In this document: one piece after another, positions 1 to 10,639 of the stretch
How positions within the stretch are numbered: position 1 is the first letter of the stretch
Layout of the letters: each line of letters begins with the position of its first letter
DNA from: Candidatus Eiseniibacteriota bacterium
Lineage (GTDB): Bacteria; Eisenbacteria; RBG-16-71-46; JABDJR01
DNA length: 64,000 nt
NCBI GenBank assembly: GCA_963783375.1
Contig: CAWANH010000029.1
Span: 1,440,001 to 1,504,000 of the forward strand
Direction of reading: 5' to 3'
The notes under the pieces: model-generated
The model's database searches: none
What the model was told of the DNA's origin: nothing
The model's input: the letters and a program-made list of their open reading frames with translations, nothing else
Program-made: the position numbers and the translations under genes

Positions 1-605
1 CCCGTCACCACGCACAGGTGCCACATGGTGTGGCTGAACGGCAGGCGGCGGCTGTGGTAGAAGTAGGTGCCGCCGATGTAGGCCGCCCCGCCGGCCAGGA
101 GCCACACGAACGCCCCCAGCGGGAGCGAATGGAGGAGCGGCCGGATCGCGACCACCCCCAGACAACCCATCGCCACGTAGATCACCGTGGAGAGAAGCGG
201 GAAGCGTCCGGTGAAGAACGCCTTGTACACGATCCCCGCGGCGGCGATCCCCCACACCAGGCCGAACAGGGTCCATCCCCACCCGCCGCGCAGGGCGACC
301 AGGGCGATCGGCGTGTAGGTGCCGGCGATGAGCAGGTAGATCGCGGCGTGGTCGAGCACCTCGAAGACGTGTTTCAGCCGGGGCCGGCGGAAACCGTGGT
401 ACAGCATGCTGGTGGTGTAGAGGGTGATGAGGCTCAGGCCGTACACCGAGGCGGCGACAATTCCCCGGGCGTCCCCGTGGATCGCGGTGTGGACGATCAG
501 GATCGGCACCCCCACCAGGCAGGCCGCCAGGCCCAGGCCGTGGGTGATGCTGTTGGCGATCTCTTCCCGAGCCCCCGGAACGGGAGTTTGGGTCCGTGGC
601 TTCAT
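1..605 (-). CDS. Hemolysin III family (PAQR) membrane protein, 3' end runs off the window
   Basis: Manual minus-strand translation from ATG 605: MKPRTQTPVPGAREEIANSITHGLG...SMLYHG...LDHAAIYLLIAGTYTP...HTMWHL, the characteristic HlyIII motifs; missing from the ORF track because it is truncated. Confidence 0.9.
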   Translation of the reverse strand, partial: MKPRTQTPVPGAREEIANSITHGLGLAACLVGVPILIVHTAIHGDARGIVAASVYGLSLITLYTTSMLYHGFRRPRLKHVFEVLDHAAIYLLIAGTYTPIALVALRGGWGWTLFGLVWGIAAAGIVYKAFFTGRFPLLSTVIYVAMGCLGVVAIRPLLHSLPLGAFVWLLAGGAAYIGGTYFYHSRRLPFSHTMWHLCVVT

Positions 606-748
606 CTCGATTCAGGATAGCACGCGCGATGGGGCGGTCGACCCGGACCGTGCCGGGATTCGGTGGAACGCGGACGTCGGCGCGCGGCGCCGGCCGGCCC
701 GGGTTTTCCGGGCGCGCCGGCGGGACCCACAGACGTTGCGGCTTGGGG

Positions 749-1705
749 TCAGAGACCGACCGCCGCCGGTTCGGGCGTCCCCGGGACCTTGGTGCGCGCC
801 GGCCGAGGCCCCGGCGTGAGCGACGCCGGCCCCAGGCAGCTCAGTACCCGGGAGGGCGTCCCCAGGTCGGTCCACCCACAGGCCGGGACGGGAAGGAGGC
901 GCAGGGCCGCCTCCGACCCCTGGAGAAGATCTCCCGAGAAATCGCGGGCGGGCAGGCGATCGTAGAGCGCCGAGACCTCGGACCAGCGGCGAACCCCGGA
1001 ACTCCGGTTCGCGAACGCGCCGGTCAACCCCCGCACCAACCCGGGAAGCCGCCGCTCGTAGAGACGGAGGAGGGTGCGGCCCCGGGTCACGAAGATGAAG
1101 CTGTTCCACACCCCGCCCCGGCGGCGGAGCCGGCTCGCGACTACCTCTTCCGGTTTCTCCACGAAAGACGCGACCTCGAAGAGCCCTTCCCCCGCGATCG
1201 GACCCGGGGAGATCCAGCCGTATTCGGTGTCGCCGGTGTCGGGGGCGATCCCCAGGAGCACCACCTTTTCCGGATGCCGGTCGATCTCCGCGAACGCCCG
1301 GTGGGCCGACTCGGCCAGCACGTCCTCCTCGTCCACGTAGTGGTCGGAGGGAAGGACCAGGAGCCGGGCCTCGGGGTCCCGGCGAAGGACTTCGAGGAGC
1401 GGGAGCAGGATCCCCACCGCCGTTCCCCGGTTTCGCGGCTGCACGACAAGATTCTCGGCGGCCAGGGCGCCGAGTTCGTGCCGCCACCACCGACGATGAT
1501 GAGCGGCCACCACCGCCAGCGTACGCTCGCGGGGAACCACGCGTTCGGCCCGGTGGAGGGCGGTCTGAAGGAGCGAGGCCTTGCCGTGAACGTGGCAGTA
1601 TTGCTTGGGCACCGCCACGCCGTCGGCCCCGGTGGTGAGGGAGCGAAGCCGGGTCCCTTCTCCCGCGGCAAGGACGAGGGCCCAATCATGTCGATCGGAA
1701 CTCAT
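749..1705 (-). CDS. Mannose-1-phosphate guanylyltransferase-like nucleotidyltransferase
   Basis: VLAAGEGTRL, PKQY, QPRNRGTA, LPSDH, EYGWI, FVEKP, WNSFIF, GWTDLG motifs; start placed at MSSDRH (1705). Confidence 0.85.
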   Translation of the reverse strand: MSSDRHDWALVLAAGEGTRLRSLTTGADGVAVPKQYCHVHGKASLLQTALHRAERVVPRERTLAVVAAHHRRWWRHELGALAAENLVVQPRNRGTAVGILLPLLEVLRRDPEARLLVLPSDHYVDEEDVLAESAHRAFAEIDRHPEKVVLLGIAPDTGDTEYGWISPGPIAGEGLFEVASFVEKPEEVVASRLRRRGGVWNSFIFVTRGRTLLRLYERRLPGLVRGLTGAFANRSSGVRRWSEVSALYDRLPARDFSGDLLQGSEAALRLLPVPACGWTDLGTPSRVLSCLGPASLTPGPRPARTKVPGTPEPAAVGL

Positions 1706-1895
1706 TGAAACGCACCATCCCCTGATTGAATTGCCGGTCCCCTGGAATCGAACTTCCCCCCGGTTGTCGGCGGAAACGGGCACGGGGATAGAAAAAAAGA
1801 GGGAGAGGCTAAATAGGCCGGATGAAATCGGACCACCGATTGAAGGGATCATTCAGACCCGGCGGAAAAGCGATTCAATCCGTCGGGAACCGGGA

Positions 1896-2759
1896 TCACT
1901 CGATGGCCACGACCTCGCGGATCTCGGGGATCGCGTCCTTGAGGAGGGTCTCCACGCCCATCTTGAGGGTGGCCCGGGAGGACGGGCAGCCGGTGCAGCT
2001 CCCCAGCATGTAGAGCTGGACCACCCCGTCGTCGTAGCCGGCGAAGGCGATGTCCCCGCCGTCCCGCTGGACCGCCGGACGCACCACGTCTTCCAGGATC
2101 TCCACGATCCGGCGCTCCACGTCGCCCAGCTCGGCGGGGTCGCGCGGGGAGGGCTCCATCGCGGTCCCGCCGTGGGCGAAATAGGCCTGGAGGCGCTTTC
2201 CAATTTCGGCCTGAAGGTCGGGCCAGTCCGCGCCCGGCATCCGGGTCACCGTACAGAAGCGCTGGATGAAGAAGAGCCCCTTCACCTCGGGGATCTCCAG
2301 GAGGAACCGCACCAGGGTGGGATCGGTGTCGCGGACCGGACGTGCGTGGGTGGCGCTTCCCTCGGTCATGAGGTTCCGGTTCAAGCTGAACTTCCGGGAT
2401 TCGGGGTTCGGGGTCTCGGCCACCTGGACCGAGACATTGGTGAAGGTGACGAACTTCCCCGCCCGGACGTCGATGGTGTAGCCGCGGAGCCGCTCGTAGT
2501 CCTCGTCGGTGACCTGGAAGGGGACGGGGAACTCGGGGCGAAGGGGCCGGTCGGAGGTCTTGGGCTCGAAGCCCACTCCCACGCTGAAGCCGATCTGGGT
2601 GGGCTGGGTGAGTATGAAGAAGGCCAGGCCCTCTCCCCCCTCGTAGCCGGCCAGACGGGTCCGGACCTCTTCGGCCGCCGCCTCGGTGAGGGTCAGGGGG
2701 GGCTCGTGGGAAGGGTCGTAACGATCCCGCTCCGAATTGACGATATTGCGAATGCCCAT
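1896..2759 (-). CDS. nfuA: Nfu-type Fe-S cluster carrier (degenerate A-type domain + Nfu_N + NifU C-terminal domain)
   Basis: LTLTEAAAEE (HesB-like start), ETPNPESRKF (Nfu_N), VRPAVQRDGGD...GSCTGCPSS.ATLKMGVE (NifU CxxC). Confidence 0.8.
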   Translation of the reverse strand: MGIRNIVNSERDRYDPSHEPPLTLTEAAAEEVRTRLAGYEGGEGLAFFILTQPTQIGFSVGVGFEPKTSDRPLRPEFPVPFQVTDEDYERLRGYTIDVRAGKFVTFTNVSVQVAETPNPESRKFSLNRNLMTEGSATHARPVRDTDPTLVRFLLEIPEVKGLFFIQRFCTVTRMPGADWPDLQAEIGKRLQAYFAHGGTAMEPSPRDPAELGDVERRIVEILEDVVRPAVQRDGGDIAFAGYDDGVVQLYMLGSCTGCPSSRATLKMGVETLLKDAIPEIREVVAIE

Positions 2760-3026
2760 GAGGACCCTCGAGGTTGGACCGGCCGGGAGAGATCCCACCG
2801 GATCCCGGGAAACCGATCGAATTGGTCGGAATCAAGTGTACCGGATCGGGACCCGCCCGTGGCAAGCCTGTCGGGACGGCCGCCGGAGCCCGGTCGAGGC
2901 AGGCGCCCAGGCGCCCGCCGGGCGAATCCCCGGGACCTCTGCTAAGGTGCTTGCAGGACTCGGGGAGGAGGTTCCGACCGTCCACGGGGTTAACGGGCCG
3001 GGACCGGCGATACGTGGGAGGCGGCT

Positions 3027-5471
3027 ATGTGGCTCATCGTCCTGATCGTGATGGCGGCGACGGGGTCCTTCTTTCTCTACCGAGGCCGGGCGTTTCCCGC
3101 CTGGGCGGTTCCGGTGGGAATCTGGCTCGTGGTCTGGCGGGTGAGCGGCCACCTCCCCTTCCTCTTCTGGCTGACGGCGATGGTGTTCGTGGCCGCGGCG
3201 GTCCTCTTCGGCATCCCCAGCTTGCGTCAGCGCCTCGTGACCCCGCCCCTGATGCGTTTCATGGCCGGCTACCTTCCCCGGATCAGCGACACCGAAAAGC
3301 TCGCCCTGGAGGCGGGCACGGTGTGGTGGGACGGCGATCTCTTCTCGGGACGCCCTAGCTGGTCCAAGCTCCTCGACTTCGAGCCGCGCGCCCTCAACCG
3401 GGAGGAGCGGGCCTTTCTCGACGGGCCGGTGGTTGAACTCTGCCGGATGATCGACGACTGGGAGGCCCATCGGAGAGGCGACCTCCCTCCCGCGGTCTGG
3501 GACTTCATGAAGTCCCACGGCTTCTTCGGCATGATCGTTCCCAAGGAATTCGGCGGGCTCGGATTTTCGGCCGCGGCCCACAGCGCGGTGATCACCCGGA
3601 TCGCGAGCCGGAGCGTGGCCGGGGCGGTGACGGTCATGGTTCCCAACTCCCTCGGCCCGGCTGAACTCCTGCTTCACTACGGCACCGACGCCCAGAAACG
3701 CCGATTTCTCCCCCGGCTGGCCCGAGGGGAGGAGATCCCCTGCTTCGCCCTCACCGAACCGGAAGCGGGGAGCGACGCCGCCTCGGGGAAGAGCCGCGGC
3801 ACGATTTGCCGCGGGGTTTTCGACGGCGAGGACGTGTTGGGAATGCGCCTGGATTGGGAGAAGCGCTACGCCACCCTCTCCCCGGTGGCCACGATGATCG
3901 GCCTCGCCTTCACCCTCCACGACCCCGAGCATCTCCTCGGCGAGAAGGAAGACCTGGGGATCACCTGCGCCCTCATTCCCAGCCACCTCCCCGGGGTGGA
4001 GATCGGCCGACGGCACGATCCCCTCGGGGTGCCGTTCCTGAACGGCCCCACCACCGGCGTCGGCGTCTTCGTACCCCTGGAGTTCATCATCGGCGGCCCC
4101 CGGATGGCCGGGCAGGGCTGGCGGATGCTCATGGAGAGCCTGGCCGCCGGCCGCTCCATCTCCCTTCCCGCCCTCGCCGCCGGCGCAGCCGAGGTCACGG
4201 CGCGGGTGACCGGGGCCTACGCGTCGGTGCGCGAGCAGTTCGGGGTTCCCATCTCCGCTTTCGAGGGGATCGAGGAGCGACTGGCCCGGATCGGCGGGCT
4301 GGCCTACCTGATGAACGCGACCCGGGGGCTTACCGCGGCCGCGGTGGACGCCGGAGAGAAACCCTCGGTGCTCTCCGCGCTGGTGAAGGCCTACATGACC
4401 GAGTTCATGCGAATTTCCGTGAACGACGGCATGGACGTTCTGGGAGGAGCGGGGATCAGCCGTGGTCCCAGGAACATGCTGGCCGCGTCCTACATGGCGC
4501 TTCCCATCGGCATCACGGTGGAGGGGGCCAACATCCTCTCCCGCTCCCTGATCATCTTCGGGCAGGGCGCGATCCGCTGTCATCCCTACGTCCTTGAGGA
4601 GATCCACGCGGTGGAGACCCGGGACCTCGGCCGGTTCGACCGCGCCTTCTTCGGCCACATGGGGTTCGTCCTGTCCAACTGCTTCCGGGCCTGGGTGCTG
4701 GGCCTCACCGGCGGCCGGCCGGCCCGCCCCGGTCGCGGGGGCCCGATGGAAACCTACGTCGGCGAGCTATCCCGCATGAGCGCCGCATTCACCTTCATGG
4801 CCGACATGACCATGGCGCTCCTGGGCGGAACCCTGAAACGGAAGGAGATGCTCTCCGCCCGAATGGCCGATGCCCTGGCCTGGATGTACTTCGGCTCCGC
4901 GATCCTCAAGCGGTTCGAGGACGAGGGACGGCCGGGGGTCGATCTCCCCTTCGCGCGGTGGGGGCTCGAAAAGGCGCTTTTCGAGATCCAGTCCGCTCTC
5001 TCCGACTTCCTGCGCAACTTCCCCTCGCCGTGGGCGCGCCGCGCGATGCGGATGTCGGTCTTTCCCCTCGGGGCCCGCCGGCGCCCCCCCGACGACCGGA
5101 TCCTCGTCGAGGTGGCCGCCTCCCTGGTGTTCGGGGCGGAGGGCCGCCTGCGCCTCACCCCCGACATGTACATCCCGCCCCCCGAGGAGCCGGGACTGGG
5201 ATTCCTGGAAGCGGCTCTGGCCAAGGCGGTTCGGGCGAGGCCGGTGGAACGAAAGCTCCACGAGCAGGTCCGGCGCGGGAAGCTCGTCCGAGCCGACCGC
5301 CTGGAGCTGGTGAAGGCCGGCCTGGCCGCCGGGGTCATCACCGAGGACGAAGCGCGCCTGGTGCTCGAAGCGGAAGTCGCGCGGAACGAGGTGATCCAGG
5401 TGGACGATTTCGGCCCCGAACACTTCGACACCGCCCCGCCGGAGGGACGGAAAGCCCCGGCGGAGGCCTGA
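3027..5471 (+). CDS. fadE: Acyl-CoA dehydrogenase, FadE type
   Basis: 814 aa; N-terminal TM helices, LPRISDTEKLALEAGTVWWDGDLFSG, CFALTEPEAGSDA, ITVEGANIL. Confidence 0.93.
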   Translation: MWLIVLIVMAATGSFFLYRGRAFPAWAVPVGIWLVVWRVSGHLPFLFWLTAMVFVAAAVLFGIPSLRQRLVTPPLMRFMAGYLPRISDTEKLALEAGTVWWDGDLFSGRPSWSKLLDFEPRALNREERAFLDGPVVELCRMIDDWEAHRRGDLPPAVWDFMKSHGFFGMIVPKEFGGLGFSAAAHSAVITRIASRSVAGAVTVMVPNSLGPAELLLHYGTDAQKRRFLPRLARGEEIPCFALTEPEAGSDAASGKSRGTICRGVFDGEDVLGMRLDWEKRYATLSPVATMIGLAFTLHDPEHLLGEKEDLGITCALIPSHLPGVEIGRRHDPLGVPFLNGPTTGVGVFVPLEFIIGGPRMAGQGWRMLMESLAAGRSISLPALAAGAAEVTARVTGAYASVREQFGVPISAFEGIEERLARIGGLAYLMNATRGLTAAAVDAGEKPSVLSALVKAYMTEFMRISVNDGMDVLGGAGISRGPRNMLAASYMALPIGITVEGANILSRSLIIFGQGAIRCHPYVLEEIHAVETRDLGRFDRAFFGHMGFVLSNCFRAWVLGLTGGRPARPGRGGPMETYVGELSRMSAAFTFMADMTMALLGGTLKRKEMLSARMADALAWMYFGSAILKRFEDEGRPGVDLPFARWGLEKALFEIQSALSDFLRNFPSPWARRAMRMSVFPLGARRRPPDDRILVEVAASLVFGAEGRLRLTPDMYIPPPEEPGLGFLEAALAKAVRARPVERKLHEQVRRGKLVRADRLELVKAGLAAGVITEDEARLVLEAEVARNEVIQVDDFGPEHFDTAPPEGRKAPAEA

Positions 5472-5540
5472 CGCCGTAAATCGGGCGATCCCCGACGGTC
5501 GGGGCTTTCGCCGCCGCCCTTCCGCCGGTACGCTTGTGTC

Positions 5541-6743
5541 ATGACCATCACCACCCTGCCCGATTTGGCCGCCCTCGCCCGCCGTCTCCACGATCACGGG
5601 GCCTTCGCCCTGGACATGGAGTTCGAACGGGAGCGGAGCTACTGGCCCAAGCTCCAGCTCATCCAGGTGGCGATCCCCGGCGAGGCGGCCGCGGTGGATC
5701 CCCTGACGGTTCCGGATCTCTCGCCGCTCCTCGACCTCATCGCCGATCCCTCGGTGGAGAAGGTCACCCACGCCGGCCGCCAGGACGCCGAGATCTTCTA
5801 CCTGAAGTCCGGGAAGGCGCCGCGAAACCTGTACGACACCCAGATCGCCGCCGCGCTCCTCGGCCTGGGCGAGCAGATCGGCTACGCCGCTCTCGTCCAC
5901 CGGATGCTCGGGGTGAAGCTCGAGAAGAAGGAGCGCATCACCGATTGGGGGCGGCGCCCGCTCAGCCCCGCACAGCTGGAGTACGCCCTCGACGACGTGC
6001 GCTATCTCCTCCCCATCCGCGACAAGCTGAACGAGGATCTGGAGCAACTGGGCCGTCTCGAGTGGCTCCGTCAGGAGCTCACGTTCTACGAGGATCCGGG
6101 GCTCTACGAACCGGACCCCGACCGGCTCTACATGAAGGTCTCGCGATGGCGGAGCCTCAACCGGCGGGGGCTCGGGGTTCTCCGTGAGCTGGTGGCGTGG
6201 CGCGAGTCCGAGGCGGGAACGCGGGACGTGCCGCGCCAGCGGGTGGTGCCGGACGACGTGATGGTGGACCTGTCGCTCCGAAAACCCCAGCGCGTGGCCG
6301 ACCTCCGCCCGCTCCGGCGACTTCACCCGCGGGAGATCGAGCGGAGTGGCGAGGCGATCGTGGCCGCCGTTCGCCGCGGGATGGACCTCGGCGACGCCGA
6401 TCTCCCCAACCCGCCCCTGGTCCCGCGGGAGGATCCGGAGGCGACGCACGCCGTAGACCTCCTGGGAGTGCTTCTGAAACTCCGGGCCCGGGAAGTCCGG
6501 ATCGCCCCGTCGTACCTGGGCACGAGCAAGGACCTGGCTATCCTCGTGAGCTGGCTTTCCGGCCCCCGGACCGGCAAGGCCCCGGCGCTTCTCCACGGCT
6601 GGCGCCGGGACGCGGTGGGCGAGGATCTGGCCGCGCTCTACGACGGGAAGATGATTCTCCGGATGGACCCCGAGAGCCGCGCGGTGGTGATCGAACCCAC
6701 CCGGGACGCGACCGGAGATCAGGGACCGGCGCAATCGAGCTGA
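5541..6743 (+). CDS. rnd: Ribonuclease D
   Basis: ALDMEFERERSYWPKLQLIQ, HAGRQD, DTQIAA, TDWGRRPLS, YALDDV, followed by an HRDC region. Confidence 0.92.
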   Translation: MTITTLPDLAALARRLHDHGAFALDMEFERERSYWPKLQLIQVAIPGEAAAVDPLTVPDLSPLLDLIADPSVEKVTHAGRQDAEIFYLKSGKAPRNLYDTQIAAALLGLGEQIGYAALVHRMLGVKLEKKERITDWGRRPLSPAQLEYALDDVRYLLPIRDKLNEDLEQLGRLEWLRQELTFYEDPGLYEPDPDRLYMKVSRWRSLNRRGLGVLRELVAWRESEAGTRDVPRQRVVPDDVMVDLSLRKPQRVADLRPLRRLHPREIERSGEAIVAAVRRGMDLGDADLPNPPLVPREDPEATHAVDLLGVLLKLRAREVRIAPSYLGTSKDLAILVSWLSGPRTGKAPALLHGWRRDAVGEDLAALYDGKMILRMDPESRAVVIEPTRDATGDQGPAQSS

Positions 6744-6744
6744 T

Positions 6745-7752
6745 TCAGGGCCTGACGAGTTCCAGGCTCTCGAACGCCGCGGCCAGCGTCTCGATTTCCC
6801 CGGGGCCGAGTTCCAGCCGGGCGGCCGCCGCGTTTTCGTCGACCTGGGCCACGTCCCGCGCTCCCACGATGGCCGCGGTCACCCCCGGCCGGTGGAAGGT
6901 CCAGGCGGCGGCGACCTGGGCCGCCGTCGCCTCGTGTCGCTCCGCGATCGGCGCCACCGTATCCCGGATGACCGCGTTCACCCGGCGCCGGTTCTCGGGA
7001 CTCAGGGTCCAGCGCTTCGCCCGCTCGTCCCCCTTCGGGAAGGTACGATCCGCGGTCATCTTCCCGGTGAGCAGGCCCTGGTCGAGGGGCGAGTACACGA
7101 TGATCCCGATGTCGTGCTCCCGGGCGTAGGGGAGCACCTCCCGCTCGATGGCCCGGTCACGAAGGTTGTAGCGAGGCTGATCGCTGGCCAGAGGAAGGTC
7201 GCCGAGGGCGAAGCGAACCTCCTCCATCTGCTCCGGGCTGAAGTTGGAGACCCCCACCGCCCGGATCTTTCCCTCCCGGTGGAGCTTCACCATCTCCCCC
7301 ATGGTCTCGGCGATCGGGGTGGTCGGGTCGGGCCAGTGGCACTGGTACAGGTCGATGACGTCGGTGCGGAGACGCTTCAGGCTCCGCTCGCACTCCAGGC
7401 GCACGGAATCCGGACGGAGGTTCCGGTAGAGCGCGTGTTTGTCCCCGTTCGGCATCACCATGTTGAAGTCGAATTCACCCCGATCGTCGTCCCAGCGGAG
7501 ACCGCACTTGGTCATGATGATCGCGCGCTCGCGGCGGTCGGCCAAGGCCGCCCCCACCACCTCCTCGGAGTGCCCCATGCCGTAGGCGGGAGCGGTGTCG
7601 ATGGCGGTCATTCCCACGTCCAGAGCCCGGTGAATCGCCGCCAGCGACTTTTCATCATCGGCCCCGCCCCAGTACCACCCCCCCATGGCCCAGGCCCCTA
7701 GAACGACCACCGGGGTCTCGATACCGCTCGCGCCGAGTTTTCGGGTTCTCAT
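6745..7752 (-). CDS. Aldo/keto reductase
   Basis: LGAWAMGG, IDTAPAYGMGHSE, IDLYQCHWPD, VGVSNF, YSPLDQGLLTGK. Confidence 0.92.
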   Translation of the reverse strand: MRTRKLGASGIETPVVVLGAWAMGGWYWGGADDEKSLAAIHRALDVGMTAIDTAPAYGMGHSEEVVGAALADRRERAIIMTKCGLRWDDDRGEFDFNMVMPNGDKHALYRNLRPDSVRLECERSLKRLRTDVIDLYQCHWPDPTTPIAETMGEMVKLHREGKIRAVGVSNFSPEQMEEVRFALGDLPLASDQPRYNLRDRAIEREVLPYAREHDIGIIVYSPLDQGLLTGKMTADRTFPKGDERAKRWTLSPENRRRVNAVIRDTVAPIAERHEATAAQVAAAWTFHRPGVTAAIVGARDVAQVDENAAAARLELGPGEIETLAAAFESLELVRP

Positions 7753-7988
7753 GGTGCGCTCCTTCCGACGGTGTCGGGGTAGGCCGGTACGCGAACAATG
7801 CACGACAAGGGGCCGGGCGGGACCATTCGAACGGCTCCGCCCGTTTCCATGTTGCCCGATGCCCGCGTCCGGCGCAAGCGCCTCGCTGCCTCTCGCGCCC
7901 CGTCGCCGTCCCGCGCGTGGACCGCCGACGGCATTTCGGTATACTCAACTCCTGACGCTCACGCTCCATCAAGGACGGCAATCACGAC

Positions 7989-8963
7989 ATGACGAAATCG
8001 CTCCAGACCCTGTTGCGGGAAATCGTGGACTACGCTGGGCTCTTCCCTCCCGCCGGCCTCGCCTTGGAGCCGGCGGCGAAGAACTACGCAGGCTACCGGA
8101 CCGACGCGCGGAGCTGGATGCTGGGCCGGTTCATCTGTCCCGCGGCGCGTCTGGAGGAATTGGGGCCGCTGATCGGGCCGCGCACCCGGGAGGATCCCGC
8201 CCCCTGGAGGCTTTCCGTCCTCGGATCGCCTCCGGAGGACGCCGGGGACTTCCTGCCGAGCCTCCGGAAAGACCTGGCGCATGTCGCGGCGTTCACCCAT
8301 CGGTCTCCGGGGTATGCCATCCCCGAGGTCTTCGAGGTGCGCCTCCCCCCCTCGGTGGTGAGCGAGGGCCGGCCGGAGACCGTGCGCCGGGTGCTGGAGG
8401 GCGCGGCGGAAGCCTTGTCCGCGGCCCCGGTGCCTCCCCGCGCCGTCTATTACGAGGCGGGGTTCCCCGCCGCCTGGGAACGGGCCCTCGACGTGGTGGC
8501 CGGGGAGATCGGAGCGCTGAACCGGGGAGGCGCGCCGATCGCCGCCGGCCTCAAGATCCGTACGGGGGGGGTCGTCGCCTCGGCCTTTCCCCCCCCGGAG
8601 CAGGTGGCCCGGTTCCTCGTCGCCGCCCGCGAGGCCGGCGTACGCGTGAAGGCCACCGCCGGGCTCCACCATCCCCTCCGGCGTTTCTCCCCCGACGTGG
8701 ACGCCGTCATGCACGGCTTCCTGAACGTGTTCGTGGGGGCGGTCCTGGCCCGGACCGCCGGCCTGGACGCGACCGCCCTCGAGGCGATCCTGGCCGACGA
8801 GGACCCGGTCTCGTTCCGATTCGACGAGGAAGGCCTGGGTTGGCGGGAACACGGCGCCTCACTCGCCCGGATCGCCGCGGCGCGACGGGAGTTCGCGGTG
8901 TCCTTCGGGAGCTGCAGCTTCACCGAGCCGGTAGAGGATCTGGAGGATTTGGGGCTTCTCTGA
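7989..8963 (+). CDS. Conserved hypothetical protein upstream of fumarylacetoacetase
   Basis: IVDYAGLFPPA, LKIRTGG, KATAGLHHPLR, HGFLNV, FGSCSFTEP; codon usage typical of real genes here. Confidence 0.75.
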   Translation: MTKSLQTLLREIVDYAGLFPPAGLALEPAAKNYAGYRTDARSWMLGRFICPAARLEELGPLIGPRTREDPAPWRLSVLGSPPEDAGDFLPSLRKDLAHVAAFTHRSPGYAIPEVFEVRLPPSVVSEGRPETVRRVLEGAAEALSAAPVPPRAVYYEAGFPAAWERALDVVAGEIGALNRGGAPIAAGLKIRTGGVVASAFPPPEQVARFLVAAREAGVRVKATAGLHHPLRRFSPDVDAVMHGFLNVFVGAVLARTAGLDATALEAILADEDPVSFRFDEEGLGWREHGASLARIAAARREFAVSFGSCSFTEPVEDLEDLGLL

Positions 8964-9093
8964 CCCCGGTCGCCCCGCCGGGCGAGCAGGAGATGCTCCC
9001 GGAGCGACAAACCGCCGCCGTCCCGACCGCGGGATGGGAATCACGGACGACACCACCGACACCAGCCGCGGCCCCGATCGCGGAGAAGGAATC

Positions 9094-10371
9094 ATGGACG
9101 ATACCCTCGACACGAACCGCCGCTCCTGGGTCCCGGTCCCCGAAGGCTCGGACTTCCCCATCCAGAACCTCCCCTACGGGGTGTTCCGCCCCCGCAGCGG
9201 GGATCCGCGGGTGGGGGTGGCCATCGGAGAGCACGTGCTGGACCTCGCCATGCTCCAGGAAACCGGGCACCTGGCCGGAACGGACGTCCCGGACGGGGTC
9301 TTCGCCCGGGACGCTCTGAACGACTTCATGACCCTGGGGAGACCGGCCTGGACCGCCGTGCGCCGGCGGATCACCGGACTCCTGGACGCCAGGAGCGGCG
9401 AGCTTCGGGACGACGCCTCGCTCCGGGAGCGGGCGCTCCATTCCCTTGCCGAAGTCGACATGCTCCTCCCCGCCCGGATCGGGGACTACACCGACTTCTA
9501 TAGCTCCATCGAGCACGCCACCAACATGGGCCGGATGTTCCGCGATCCGGAGAAGGCCCTCCTTCCCAACTGGCGCCACATCCCGGTGGGCTACAACGGA
9601 CGGGCCGGGTCGGTGGTGGTGTCGGGCACCGGGGTCCGCCGCCCCCGGGGGCAGACCATGCCCGAAGGAGCCGAGAGCCCGGTCTTCGGCCCGTCCAAGG
9701 TGCTGGATTTCGAGCTGGAGATGGGATTCTTCACCGGGCCGGGGACTCCGCTGGGGGAACCCGTCCCCATCGAGCGGGCCCGCGAGCAGATCTTCGGCAT
9801 GGTGCTGGTCAACGACTGGAGCGCCCGGGACATCCAGCGGTGGGAATACGTGCCCCTGGGGCCGTTCCTCTCCAAGTCCTTCGGGACCAGCGTCTCTCCC
9901 TGGGTGGTGACCCTGGACGCGCTCGAACCCTTCCGAGGGCCGGGGCCGAAGCAGGAGCCCGCGGTCCTCCCCTATCTCCGGCCGGCGGAGGACGGGGCGT
10001 ACGACATCCGCCTCGAGACCTGGCTCGTGCCCGCGGGAGGGAGCGAGGCGGTCCGCCTCACCGCCACCGGCTTCCGCGGCATGTACTGGAGCATCTTCCA
10101 GCAGCTCGCCCACCAGACCGTGAACGGCACCAACATCCGACCGGGGGACCTCTACGCCTCGGGGACGGTCTCCGGCTCCGACCCCGGTTCCTACGGGAGC
10201 CTGCTCGAGCTGACCTGGCGGGGAACGAGACCCATTTCCCTCCCCGGCGGCAAGGAGCGGAAGTTCCTCGCCGACGGCGACACGGTGGTGATGAAGGGGT
10301 GGTGCGAACGGGAGGGGGTTCGGATCGGGTTCGGCGAGGTGCGCGGCGAGATCCTTCCGGCGCGCGGCTGA
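9094..10371 (+). CDS. fahA: Fumarylacetoacetase
   Basis: SDFPIQNLPYGVF, GDYTDFYSSIEHATN, LDFELEM, NDWSARDIQRWEYVPLGPF, GDLYASGTVSG. Confidence 0.95.
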   Translation: MDDTLDTNRRSWVPVPEGSDFPIQNLPYGVFRPRSGDPRVGVAIGEHVLDLAMLQETGHLAGTDVPDGVFARDALNDFMTLGRPAWTAVRRRITGLLDARSGELRDDASLRERALHSLAEVDMLLPARIGDYTDFYSSIEHATNMGRMFRDPEKALLPNWRHIPVGYNGRAGSVVVSGTGVRRPRGQTMPEGAESPVFGPSKVLDFELEMGFFTGPGTPLGEPVPIERAREQIFGMVLVNDWSARDIQRWEYVPLGPFLSKSFGTSVSPWVVTLDALEPFRGPGPKQEPAVLPYLRPAEDGAYDIRLETWLVPAGGSEAVRLTATGFRGMYWSIFQQLAHQTVNGTNIRPGDLYASGTVSGSDPGSYGSLLELTWRGTRPISLPGGKERKFLADGDTVVMKGWCEREGVRIGFGEVRGEILPARG

Positions 10372-10639
10372 CCGGCCTCAGCGCCCCTGCGGCGGGGGGG
10401 GAATGAATGGCGGTGGACGCGCCGCGGGATGGAGCCGCCCTTCCAAATCCGGAACGGCGGCCCGGGTTGGAGGAGGTGGGGGAACACCCCCCCGCAACCC
10501 CGATCGGCGCGAGCCTGGACGCATCCACCGCACGTGGATCATGCTACACTTGGCATTGAAATTCGTCCACTTATTTCAATGCGGTCCGAGCCCATTCGCG
10601 GCGGCGCGGCCCGGCATTTCGCGGAGCAGAGGAACCCGG

